Part shown: one piece after another, positions 36,249-49,200 of the stretch
Numbering within the stretch: the stretch's first letter is position 1
Layout: every line of letters begins with the position of its first letter
Source: Marsupella aquatica
Lineage: Eukaryota; Plantae; Marchantiophyta
Direction of reading: 5' to 3'
DNA: 64,000 nucleotides
Assembly: GCA_973895155.1 (NCBI GenBank)
Contig: OZ316892.1
Location: 3,847,223 to 3,911,222, forward strand
Notes under the pieces: model-generated
The model's input: the letters and a program-made list of their open reading frames with translations, nothing else
Told to the model about the DNA's origin: nothing
Database searches by the model: none
Made by a program: the position numbers and the translations under genes

Positions 36249-36591
36249 ATCTTCGAAAAGAAGCCCACCACAATTAAGAACTTCGGTATCTGGGTCCACG
36301 TATCAGAGTCGTACAGGTTATCACAACATGTACAAGGAATATTGTGATACCACAAGAAACGGAGCTGCAGAGCAGATGTATGATGAGATGGCTTCTTGTT
36401 ATAGAGTTCGGTTCCCTTGCATCCAGATCATGAAGACTACGACAGTCCCTGTCTCTCTGTGCAAGCGAGAAAGTACCAAGCAGTTCCATGATTCAAAGAT
36501 CAAGTTCCCCTTGACGTACTGCAAGATTCAACCTCCATTGCGAAAGCTAAAGAAGACTTACAAGGCCACCAAGCCCAACACAATTGTTTGA
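36249..36591 (+). pseudogene. RPL18A: Captured last exon of 60S ribosomal protein L18a (eL20)
   Basis: After a CAG acceptor: [15 protein letters not shown](frameshift)[51 protein letters not shown]. Several Arg>Cys changes; a 3'UTR-like tail follows. Confidence 0.92.
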
Positions 36592-38721
36592 GTAGTGCGG
36601 GTGCAGGTTCCCAATTTTGAGACAATTTGGCTCATTTTATGTCCCGAGGGAATCCTGGAGTTTATGTATTGAGTTTCTAGGTGAAGATGCTTAATATAAG
36701 GAAATTCAATTATCACTTCGTTCCCAACTTCTATTAATTGAAAATACACAAGCTGGAAGCAAGAAGACAAGCCACAATCTAGCATCTTAGCCAAACACAA
36801 TCGTCCCGACAAAGCAAAACTCAGCTGGACAGAAGTCACTCGGATCCACAAAAAATTGAAGATTCACCTCCAAGCCGGAGGCTGATCACTTCAGTACAGC
36901 AGCTTCTAGACGGAACAAACTCTGCTCAGCCCCACAGAAACACAAATGTTAAGGCTCCAAGTCAGAGCTCACAAACAGAAACTCAGATAAATAACATTCA
37001 AAATCTGTCCAGGTTTGTGCAAAGTGTACATATTCATTCTTCTGGAATGAACACGCAATGCATACATCACCTAGACACAGTCATTATAAATCATTGGGCG
37101 ATTGGGGACCACTAAGCAGGTGTGTTCCTATTTCGAGGCTACAGGAAAGGATAGAGTGACACCAAACTCAAGAGTACACCAAAAGAAAAACAGCAAGAAC
37201 CAAAGTCAATCATGTGTGGATAAACTGCACATGGGAAGTTCCCCTGAAGAAGCATCAGTTGCTAACATTGTCACCCGAACCACACCTAGTTTATGACCTC
37301 AATGTCTTCAGCCTCAATATCCAATCCTCAGCCCCCTGGTGCTTCCGTGTTTGTTCTGAAAATTTCTGTGATGAAATAATTATTCAATACATTCAATAGG
37401 AGTTCAGACAATCTGAAGAGGACTTTGGACTTGAATGGGGGACAGCGTGGCCATATAGTTATCCTTGTGGCCTTCAGCTACGTGTCTCACGCTGAATTTC
37501 ACTTTCCAGTTTCGAGAGTTGTGAAGGTCTAGTTTTAGTAACTTCCTCCTGACTCGACTTGGGAGCATTCTCTGTATTTGCTAGCTTGTAGTTAGCTTTG
37601 ACTCCTTTCAGCTTAGTTGACGACCCTCCTGAGATATTAACAATTAATATCAAAGGCATTGAAACAAAGCGGGTGGCAGTTTCAGTATCTCAGGCAATGC
37701 AAAATTAATCCATACTTAATCAGCCCTGGCCACACATTCCTTCAAAGCCCCTCATACTAGCAAGCAGGTCTGGCCTGTGAATCTTGTAGTGCTTAACGAT
37801 ACAAAGCCTTCCCAAGTACCAATTCAAAAGTAGCAGAAATAGATCGAAAGCTAGTTCCGATGATAGCTCCCAAAAGCTTTCCTCAGCCCGATTCCTATGC
37901 ACATCAGAGGAGCTCAAACCATTTAGAAATGAGATCACAGATTACTCTTGACAATCTCAAAAATGCCACAACCTAAGCACTGACAGCTCCGTCCCCCCAT
38001 TCTAATTTCTCCGACAAGTTTGCCTTAAAGCACATCCACTCGCAGTTCAAGCAGATTCAGAATCATCATAGACAATAGAGTGTTCTACCATAGCCCACGG
38101 TAGGTCCACGGCCATCGTAACAAACGCTCCACCCCCGGGGCTTATTAGTATTGCTCACTTTTAAGAAGGGCAGTTTTCGCAAAAGCAGTCTAATTGCCTA
38201 GACTGCACTAGAAAAGTTGGAGGCAATATCACAACGGAGCATTCTGCGTCTAAGGGAGAGCGACGCCGTTCAGGAGATAGATGCGCGAGAGAGTGAAGAT
38301 GGTGGGGAGTGGAAGACGGGTTGGGACTGGACCCTTGGTGCCGGTGGGTAATATGTGGGGTTTCAATGAACAATGGGCCAGTTTGAGGAGGATTAAGAAG
38401 CGCGCACCCCACGTTCTTGTGTGGTGGTTGGGTGGGGTTTTGTTTGATAGAAGAAGAAATCACCATTCTCTTATGGAAGAAAGAAAATCGTAGGAAACAG
38501 TGGGCGGGAGAACAAGGCATGTAATAGAGAACAACGAGGCATGTAATAGAGTACTTGCGGTTACTCTAATGGTGCACAAACACTCACCTTTGTCTTCCGC
38601 TTTGTCTGCTGTGGCCAACAAATCCCAGAGCGCTGCCGAGCTTGGTGGTTGCTTGATGGTTGAAAGTGCGTAGCTCACGTCCCTACCTCAATGTCCAACT
38701 CAATGTGGGATGCAACAACTT

Positions 38722-38790
38722 CTCTTGGTCGCATCTCCTCTTGGTCGCATCTCCTCTTGGTTGCATCTCCTCCTTGTCGCAGCTCCTCTT
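38722..38790. repeat. 16-bp tandem repeat, ~4 copies
   Basis: TCTTGGTCGCATCTCC and variants. Confidence 0.75.
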
Positions 38791-41786
38791 GGGGTTCACA
38801 GCTAGCGCGCAGCAGCGCTCGATTGTTGACAATGCGCAGCTGAGCTAGGAGAAGAACTGAATGACTGTGGCTGCTCTTCTCTGCAGTCCAAGCACCCGGC
38901 TGGCAGAATGCTACAACACCTGAAAGAAGCGCACTTTCAGCTGCATGGCCGGGACTAGTAGAAGCCGTTGACGGTGAAGGGCATTCTCGGTTTGGACCTC
39001 CTCTCTCCAACCCCTTCTAACCCGCACCTCCAAAGTTGTTTCGGGAGTTGATTAGCAATAACGTCGCTCCTATGCCAAAGGCACCAAGAACCAAGCCAAA
39101 AGAAAGGGTTTAGCAAAGGGAGAGCGATGTAGTGTGCACTGATCAATGACTCAAAGTTGACGTTGAACCCTCCATTGCGCTAGCTATTGGCGATTGCCAC
39201 ACAGAGAGCAGCCGTATGTAGCAAACTGTAATGCAGATACTCCCGTCAAAGGTCGATGCGTCACACTCAGCTTTAGAGGAAGGATAAACGATTGAGCAGC
39301 ATTGCATTGTGCAAAAATGTTGGAGAAGCACATTGCTTCCAGGCCCGAGCTCACCTCCTTCCCCTTTCACCACTTCGCAGCTCCTCCAAGAGACATTCAC
39401 TCAAGGGCACATCACGCAGTTGCTTGCCCTCCTCAGAAGCTCAACACCACAGCCACCAAAGTTGTCAGCTCCCACTGCAACTGAACAGGTCACTACCAAA
39501 AGCCCGCTCCCACCGCAGCTGAACAAGTGAGCGACACAAGAGTGTAGGACCTCCGCCAAGCCCAGGGCAGCAGCTCAATGAAACTCAATTTGCAACTCGT
39601 CTCACTCTCGCTCTTGCTGCAAAGAAAAAAAAGCGCAGGTCAAACTCCTTTGTGGCCTCAGTCCCCACCGCTTTCCCCAAGCTATGGACAACTACTAGCA
39701 GCTTGCGCTCACAGCATGACATCCAGGTCTTTAGCCAACTGCACACTGGAAACCGAGAGAAGTGAGCGCAGTCACGCAAGGCCAAAAAAGACCAAAGTTG
39801 AGCCAAAGCAAAACTTTACTAATGTATTTACAGTCAAGCATGAGGGCAATCAGGTAAGCAGAAGACCACGCATTCCCGCAAAGAGTTGTAGGTTCTCGTC
39901 ACTTCCTCGCCTCTGTATAGAAGGTCGATCGTTGTATCTCGGGTACCCAATGACAGTGGAGATGAATGCAAATAGGCCTCACCAATCGCCAGTCATCCGC
40001 GATAAACCTCCCGACAACCTTGCTCCTATACACCTTAGCACCCGCATTGTCACCACAAGAAAGACGAATGTAAGATTTAGGGCCCACCTAAACCCTATAG
40101 TGAGATTGCAGTCGACAATGGGTCATATAGCAAAGGTCGAAGCTCCAAGCCCTACGCAATGACATGAAATCCCACCTCCAAAAGCGCTAAATGTATTGAC
40201 TGAGTGCGATCAGGTGCAAGAGTCGAGAGCAACTGAGGAAAAGTGCATTATCGGGCGCAAAGTGTTTGGCCTTGGATTCCCTTGCAGAAACGTGAAGGAA
40301 AACCCTGGTGGTAGCCGTCGACACTTTGTGCAATTTTCCTTTACAAAATCCGTTTACCCTAAACATTGAGTCGACTGGAAGGACTCGTTCATAGGCATTC
40401 TGCAAGCACCTAACACATTTAGACGTAAGTTCACAGTTAGGATTAAACGGTAACTAAGACCAAGGGTGCATGCATTTATTTTTTTGGGGGGGGCTTTTAG
40501 TTGGGTATTTTGGGTATAGTCATTGGGTTAGATAAATATCCTAAGTCACCCAGATGGCAAAAAACAACACCTACCCTTAAACTCACCCTCCTCAAGCATA
40601 AACCCTCTGAAAACCCATTGGACATTTGGAGTCATTGGCAAAATAGGGTTAAATGGATGAAGAATGGACCGGGGGGGATGGATGCCGACGATCCAATGGT
40701 CCCTAAACCCCCATCCCCTTAACATGCAACCCCCGACCCTTGACATCAAACCCCCCCTAAACCCCCTTTAGTGAAAACCCAGCCACCCCCTAGCCTTGAC
40801 ATATAAATTGCCCCGGTTTCTACTAGTGTGTGAAAACTTTCCCGCTCATGAAACAACAAGACTCTCACTTTGCGGGCGCACTCTCTCTTTCTCCAAGTCC
40901 CTCCACAAAAGCTTTTGGCAGTCAAAAGTTTAGGGCAAAAGCTATTGCCAGTTGTATCAACTTGCAATTGCGCAACATGGTTCATTGGAAGAGGGCTTCC
41001 GATAGAGAAATTGATGCAACGGCATTGCATTGTGCACTTAAGGAAAAAGAGGTCCTAAATTGGGCCCTTCAATATTCCCATATGAAGGGGGTTCCATTTG
41101 ATATTGGCTAATTATGGGGTATATATGCAGAGCAAATTTTTAAAATGAGTTAGTGGATGAAGTGAGTTTTAATATGTGTGTGAGCAGTATGTGACAAGTA
41201 CCACTAATTGGTTGTGGTGACTTTTTTAAGGTAACTATGTATGTAGAGTATTAGGGTTTAGGGTGCATCATTATTTTGGGGGGCATGGCACAAATTTTCA
41301 CACCTTTTTGAACTCAGTTGCGGCCGTGTACATGAATGTTAACTTAAATTTGGTTGGTTCTTGTCTAGCTAGAATCACAAATTTGCCCTACTTACCTAAA
41401 CTTCAATTAGGGTAAAAATGTCATGTATACTTTCTTACAGGGGAACAATAAAGAGCAACTCAGTGATGGTTAAAGCAAAGGGAGGTAACTATATATAATT
41501 GCATGACATAATGTGATTAATATGATGGATCCAAAATCATATGTATTGGGCAAGGAAATCATGTAAGTCATGGTCACTTATATAACTTCAATATACTTGC
41601 CTTAACTCAGTTACAGAAGCAACTTTCCCAATAGTTAAATACATGACTTCCCAGAACTTCACCAAAAGTGAGTCAAGAAGATGTAACAAAGATGACACCC
41701 TAAACCTTGGAGTCACTTATTTTCAAAGGTCTCACACAAGTCATGTAAGGTTGGGTCTCAGAATGGCTCGGTTTCTTCTAGTGTAG

Positions 41787-44700
41787 CCAAATAGAAGAAG
41801 GCTTCGGCCCAGCTTCCATTAGACTACCGCAGGGTACAGCGATTCACATAGAATCTGCCATTTTCGCCCCGAACGCAACCCGTAATCTCCTAAGTTTTAG
41901 CGATATACGAGCAAATGGACTACATGTCCAGACGGGTGACACAAGAGACCAGGAAGTGATACACTTGGTTGAAAATACCCCTACGGGGAAAATCATTAAA
42001 GAAACACTTTTCTCGTATCCTTGCGGGTTTTATGTAACACATATTGAATGCCTGCATAACAATGCCCAAACAAGTGAATTGCCCGCGCTTTGGCATGCAC
42101 GCCTCAGCCACCCCGGCCAATCAATGCTAACCAAAATAATTAAGAATTTAAGTGGCATTCCAATCAATACACGCCACATCCCAGCTAGCACCCCATGCAC
42201 TGCATGCTCACGCGGCAAATTAATAACAAGGCCCACGGCATCAAAATTGCCAACCAACATACCCAAATTCTTGGAAATAATCCACGCCGATGTTTGCGGG
42301 CCAATTAACCCACCGAGCGGACGATTCCGCTACTTTATGGTATTAATCGACGCATCAACTAAATGGTCAAATGTGACACTACTTTCAACGAGGAACATGG
42401 TTATACCTCGTATTTTGGCGCAATCCTGCGCGTGAAAGCACAATTCCCCGACCACCCCATTAAGACACTAAGGGTAGACAATGCAGGGGAATTCACATCC
42501 GAAACATTTGATGACTTTTGCACATCACTTGGCATAGACGTACAATATCCTGTACCTCACGTGCATTTTCAGAACGGATTAGCTGAAGCGGTCATTAAAC
42601 GCCTTCAGTTAATTGCACGCCCATTACTAATGCAGTCAAAACTCCCCGTCTCAGCATGGGGACACGCCATATTACAGGCTAATGCATTAATCCAATACCG
42701 CCCATCGGCCTTTAATACCTATAGCCCATACCAAATTGCTAATGGTATTAAACCTGACCTATCACATCTTCGTTCATTTGGATGTCAAGTAATGGTCCCC
42801 ATTACTCCACCCAAACGAACCAAGATGGGACCCCAACGACAGTTGGGGATATACATCGGATTCGACTCTCCGTCCATAATCCGATATATAGAGCCTACAA
42901 CTGGCGATGTTTTTAAATCTAGATTCCTAGATTGCCATTTTGACGAACATGTTTATCCACAGTTAGTAACCCCTGAACACCCACAACCACCTTTGGAGTG
43001 GGAAAGACACTCGCCATTTTGGCAAGACCTTAGAACGAATCAAGGGGAGAAAGAAGTTCAAAGAATTCTGCAACTCCACAAGATTGTGGAAGAACTTCCT
43101 GACGCTTTCGTTGACACATCACAACTTACCCGCTCACATATTCCAGCTGCGAGAGCATCTGCCCGCATCGAATTATCAAATGAGCCAGCAAGTACATCCC
43201 AACCTCGTGCAAAACGAGGTAGACCCTTGGGATCAAAAGATAAACAACCACGAAGGCGTGGTTCATCTATACCACCTTCACCTGATGTCGATCATACCGA
43301 ATCCACAACTCATGAAGAAATTTCTATCCACTACGCACACACCGGTACGATGTGGGATAGAAATACTACTTCCATAGATGATGCTTTTGCATTATATCAC
43401 TGATGATACACCCGAACCAATATCACTGATGATACACCCGAACCAATATCTATCTTAGAATGCCAAAACAGACCAGATTGGCCCGAATGGCAAAAAGCTA
43501 TAAATGGAGAATTAGATTCCCTACTCAGCAGACACACTTTTGGCCCAGTCGAGCCAACACCGCAAGACGTACACCTAATTGGCTACAAGTGGACATTTGT
43601 CCGAAAAAGAAATGATAAAGGCCAAGTTGTACGCTACAAAGCACGTCTGGTAGGGAAAGGATTTACACAACAACCGGAAATTCATTACGATGAAACCTAT
43701 TCACCGGTTATGGATAGCACAACATTCCGATACCTTATCGAATTTGCCATTTTCCATCAATTACAGATGCGACAACTGGATGTCGCAACCGCATATCTAT
43801 ATGGAACTTTAGACACTTGTCTATACATGCGATCACCCCCCGAGTTGGAGCAACATCGCCGAGCTTTGGCTCAAGGCGCCAAATCGCATATTCCATATTT
43901 ACATAAGATTATAACACAATTATCTCAAGTTACACCTCATGTGTCATCTACACATGTAACTCATAATAACGACACTGCTGTGTCAACCGTACGGAATACT
44001 CGCCGCGGACTAGCTATCCGTGTGTTGAAGGCATTATATGGCCTGAAACAAAGTGGCAGAGTATGGTATCAAAGATTTACTGATGAAATGATTGCCATGG
44101 GTTTTTCCCATGATGCCATTACACCATGTTTATTTATTAAACATGTGAATGATGAATATGTCATCGTTTCCATTTATGTTGATGACTTAAATATATTTGG
44201 GACACCCCAATTGACAGAAGATACTATTACTAGTCTTAAATCCACATTTGAGATGAAAGACCTTGGACATACAAACTTTTGCTTAGGCTTACAACTAGAG
44301 ATCCTACCCATTGGCATGATGCTCCATCAGACAACACAAACGGAAAAGATCCTAAAATAGTTCAATATGAACCTAGCACACCCATTGACGTCACCAATGG
44401 TTGTACGTTCATTAGAAAACAACACTGATGTTTTTCGCAAGCGCGAAGAACATGAACCCATATTAGGACCAGAAACTCCATATCTTTCTGCGATAGGAGC
44501 ATTAATGTACCTAGCAAATCACACCAGACCAGACATTGCATTTGCAGTTAACTTACTAGCCAGACATAGTGCAACTCCCACAGCCAGACACTGGAACGGA
44601 GTTAAGCATGTATTTAGATATCTACGTGAAACCACCGATACCGGGTTATTTTACCCATTCGGTGCAAACCATGAGCTCATAGGATACGCGGATGCCGGAT

Positions 44701-45200
44701 ATCTCTCCGACACTGATACCGCAAAATCCCAAACTGGATATGTTTTTACCATAGGGGGTACCGCTTTTTCTTGGAAAAGCGTGAAACAGACCCTAACAGC
44801 AACCTCATCGAATCACTCAGAAATATTAGCTCTACATGAGGCTAGTCGTGAAGCCGTTTGGTTACGATCCTTTATAAACCACATCAACACCAAATGCGAC
44901 CTACCACCACTAACGAAGCCTACTAACATTTTTGAGGATAACGCAACATGTATACAGCAGGTCACAAAAGGATTCATCAAAGGCGATCGCGTGAAGCATA
45001 TAGCTCCAAAGTTTTTCTACACCCACGAGTTACATGGAAAAGAGATCAACATTTTGCAGATTTCAAGTGCAGACAACTGTGCGGATCTCTTCACCAAATC
45101 ACTATCGCCATCAGTTCATCATCGACACTGCCAGGCGATTGGACTACGGAGCGTGCGACGCATGATGACCGTGGAGGCTGCTACTCCACATGATACTTGA
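41787..45200 (+). pseudogene. Copia pol (rest of protease, integrase, RT, RNase H), disrupted
   Basis: WHARLSHP..CTAC (HHCC), HADVCGP, RVDNAGEF, QNGLAE, YKARLV, LYGLKQSGR, YVDDL, GYADA, FEDN, ADLFTK. Frameshift ~42420, 26-bp duplication 43394-43450, stop at 44358. Confidence 0.93.
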
Positions 45201-45502
45201 TGATGCTGACGACATGCTGTTGACGACCGACTGATGAAACAGATGTTAAAGCTAGATTTACTATAGCATCTAACTTTATTTTATATTGACATTTATTACG
45301 ACGAGGACTGTTAGGCTGCACTCTTTTTCCTTTAGCACTCATATTTTTCTCTGCTACACTGGTAGAGTTTTTACTAAGCTAGAGTTGATAAAGGTTTTTT
45401 AACGAGGCAGTCTACCTCGCTTGTACTTATATCATGTATTTCCTATGAACATGATATAATAGGTATAGTCTATGTTGTCTATATAGTTGTCACTATATAT
45501 CC

Positions 45503-45619
45503 AAAGGGGAGTGTTAGACTCTACCTTGACCGGATGACTGGATCAGCCGGTCATCCCGGCACCACTATATGTATCCTTACCCAGACTATACAGACACAGA
45601 TATTCATTCTCATCAAACA
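45503..45619 (+). repeat. Polypurine tract (45503-45511) and 3' LTR (45512-45619)
   Basis: AAAGGGGAG followed by TGTTAGACTC...AAACA and the TSD CTTAT. Confidence 0.95.
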
Positions 45620-46270
45620 CTTATACATATCTTGAAATGATTTTTACAATTTCCAGGAATAAGCCCATCCTTAGTCAGAAATGTGCATCCGGCTCACAGT
45701 TGAGACTGGCGTGGGGTAGCTTTGAGAAGAAACTAATTGCGTAGTGATCGAGAGAATTATCATCACAAAAACGTGAGATTGGGAAGTTTGTTGTGGAGTG
45801 AATCAATCCCAGCAACAATTCAGATAACTACATGATGGATTTGAATTTCATACGTTGCAAAATTATTTCCAGCCATCCCGCCCAGATCGACTCATTATGA
45901 CAGGTACATTTACGTATTAATCATCACACCGTTGGTAGCTCTGTCACCCTCACTCGGATCAAGACTTTGGGACCTAGACCTGGCAACGGTGGAAAGCCAC
46001 TGCAATTTCACAGTGATTTTCTCAGCGGCAGGCGAAAGGTAGAGCGAATCTTTTCCTTGGTCTGTGACTATCGGGTTACAAGTATGGACAATTTACATCT
46101 AGTTCTACGTAGGACCAATCACAAATAGCACACTCAGTTCTAACTTATTTAAGCTTGTATATTATACTAGTTCCTTCGACCACAATTCAGCAAGAAACCA
46201 CTCAAAGAGTTGACGTTGTGAGTGTTCGTAATCAGCTGCGCATATCGAATTTATGACATATTTGTAGCGG

Positions 46271-49200
46271 TTTAAGCAAGCCTGGTCCATCCTGGCTTTA
46301 ATTTCCTTTTGAGGGCACGGGCAAACTTTTACTAATTTTGCGCATATCAAAAAGATATATAAATTTTGCACATGACAGGCAATCCTCCTTTCTCAACCAT
46401 ATCTCTGGGGTCTCTATATATCCAGGCCCCGCAATCCCCAATCACTTGTGACGTGTTTAAGCCCTACAGACCCTAAAGAAATTAAAAAACTAGTATGTGG
46501 GTCCAGCTCAATTCATTTAGAAATTAAAAAACTAGTATGTGGGTCCAGCTCAATTCTTTCACATAAATGATAAAGCATGTTCATCCTCGAACATGCTTTA
46601 CATTTTGTCTTGAGTGATATTAAGTAGACAAAATTAAAGAATAAGACTAGAATACATATTAAATGTGAATGAAATTAAATAATATAAATAAAGTACATGC
46701 AATAAAAGCACATAGTGACCAATGGAAAGTATAATTTTATTACACAAAGTTGCTACTAGTTGTGCACAATGAAATCAAATAATATAAATAAAGCATATGT
46801 AATAAAAGCACATAGTGACCAATGGAAAGTACAATTTTATTACACAAAGATCCTTCGAGTTGTGCACATATTTCAGTGTGTCTTATTAATGACTCTTATT
46901 CAATAAAAATCATAAACTTAGGAAAGAAAGCCACAAGGGGAGCTTAAGACAGGATGTGCTGACATTTCTTAGAATCATTCCTCTCACTCATGAGTATACT
47001 TAAAAGCGGTAGAAAATGAAGCCCTTAGTTTCTCTCTAGGACTTAACAAAGTTTACAAATTATACAAATTAAGGGGGCTGCCAAAATAAATTCAAAACAC
47101 TATAGAATACCAAAAATTTAAAGGGGTCCAAAAATGAATTAAAAGTCTATGTGATACAAAGGATGCCCCTTGTTAAGGTACATTCAAATAAAAATTCATG
47201 ATACACAAATATGAATAAGACAAAACATGAGAGTTGGATTCACCATATAGCAGCTTCAAAAATTAGCCAAAGTGCATTCAGAGGAGTGTTGTAAATTTAT
47301 ATTAAATTTACATGCATTAGATTAAATTTATAAAAATGACATCAAAAGCTCATCTACAATAACAAGAGTATGCCACAAGAAAAATGATGGCTTGGATTGA
47401 GCCATTAGTTATAACTATTTGTAATACTATCTTGGGCAACTTAGTTTGAAGATTCAATTTGTTAATATGTACTAGTAAAAGAAAATTGATTGCCAATATC
47501 AAACATTTTTGTTGTTCCAAGATTTCACCTCTAGTATATTGATTTGTGATAATTATTTGTGAATAAAAGAAAGTATAAAATTCTAATTTTCAACATTCTG
47601 ATATTCAGATCTAAACTTAGTGTACTATTTGACCAGAAAATTGGAGCTTCATATTTGTCTTGTAAATGTTTTCTCAAATCTTAACAAATAAAGAAAATGT
47701 AAACACTAATACTCTATCTAAGGAGCTTTGCTACAAAGAAAAGCATAAGAAAACTTAAGTTTGAGAATTATTTTCTTTTGTTCCTTTTCCAATAGAAATA
47801 ACACAAGCAAGATCAATATTTGATACTACTCTTAACATAACAAGCCATTACCTTAAAAATCAAGAAGATTAAAAGTTAAGGCATCATGCTGCACACATTC
47901 GCAAGTGTACTTTTTGATCCCAATTGTAATTTTAAAATTAATAAGGTTACAAGTTAAGGCATTCTGGTGCACACATCCGCAAGGGTCAGTGTACTGTTTG
48001 ACCCCAATTGTAACTTTTAAATTGATAAGGTTGCAAATTAAAATTCTTTTGTGAACACATCCTTAAGGGTTTATGTAATGTTTGACCCCATGGTTTGTAA
48101 CTTTAAAATCATTTGATAAGGTATAGTAAACTTTTCAAAATTCCCAACACTAAATTAACATCATCTGAACATTTTTTCTCATCACCATTTTTTTATAATT
48201 AAAAATGCAAAGACATGACCTAAATTATGAACGTGGCTTTGACTTACTCAACTTAGGTAAAGTTGGCTTAGGGTACTAAGGTTTCCGTAACATAAAGTGG
48301 AGGTATCCCCTTAAGTACTAGCTATTCTTCTCTCAACAAAATTTTCAACTCATTTGGTTAAGTAAGGTGAAGTCTGTTTGTATCTTAAATTTTGTAACTC
48401 ACTATCATATATCTAGGCACAGATGTCTCCTAGTTTTCAGCCCATTTGATTGAGTAACAGAAAATGATAAATCCCACTAATTGGATTCTTTTGGCCCTAA
48501 CTTTAGCTTAGTCTTCTTAGGAAAGTTGGCTTAGGGTAACATTGGGCTAATTTCAAGTATAGGTACAGTTTTATTTTGAACCCTAAAATTTGACCTCAGT
48601 TTGAGCTCAAACTTTAAGTACATATTCTCCTAGGTAGTTTCCTTTTATCTCTCAACAAAGTTTTGGCACATTTGGTTAGGTAAGGAGAAAATGCAGAATC
48701 ACAAAGCTTCACGTAGATAGTCAAAGTTTAAGACAAATTTGGAATATCAATTCATTTTCAACTCACAAATTGGAGAGCTCAAACATTAGCTTCCCCTGTA
48801 GATTCCCCTAGCTTTCCTCTATCTTGTAGAGAATTTTTCAGCCCATTGGTTGAGTACAACACAAATAATTGAATTTTTTTTGAGATCCAAGTTGATTTTG
48901 GCTTCAACTTAGTTGCCAAATAATACTGGCACATGTTTAATTACTTTTTACCAGTTTTTGAGTGACATGCAATTAGCACATATTTGACATGCGTTACAAC
49001 TCTCACACGCATCACCATTCTAACTTGCACATGTTTCCATTCTCACACGCATAACAATTCTTACACAATTGAGTTTATTGTGCATCAATCCACGTTTCAC
49101 AATTCTCATCATTGATCAATTAACATCAATGGTTAAGATTAACTTGTTGTCTTATTTTATTGCCCAAAGTACTATGCAAGTTTCTGTTTAAATTTAGTAT

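Larger units (their letters stand above)
22994..41783 (-). mobile_element. CACTA (En/Spm) DNA transposon, 18,790 bp, with cargo genes
   Basis: Left end CACTAGAAGAATCCGAG; right end reverse complement CACTAGAAGAAACCGAG (16/17 match, followed by a shared CTGAGACC). 3-bp TSD TAG (22991-22993 and 41784-41786). Subterminal GTGACT/AGTCAC repeats. Removing the element restores the copia protease frame INGPS|QIEEGFG. Confidence 0.96.
20270..45619 (+). mobile_element. Ty1/copia LTR retrotransposon, Bianca-like lineage, interrupted by a CACTA element
   Basis: TG...CA LTRs; TSD CTTAT (20265-20269 and 45620-45624); PBS and PPT; domain order gag-PR-INT-RT-RH. Bianca-like motifs MTNLEKLTFPALEIDGGNYLEW, DSATTHTIL, RNLLSFSDIRANG, GFIKGDRVKHIAPKFFYTHEL. 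A paralogous empty site lies at ~59455-59515. Confidence 0.95.

Noticed and set aside
39899-40087. CGDNAGAK resembling the uL14/RPL23 motif CADNTGAK
   Set aside because: Flanking residues do not match; likely chance.
41251-41264. Telomere-like TTAGGGTTTAGGG and scattered AAACCCTA motifs
   Set aside because: Only one or two units each; common in plant TEs and not an interstitial telomere array.
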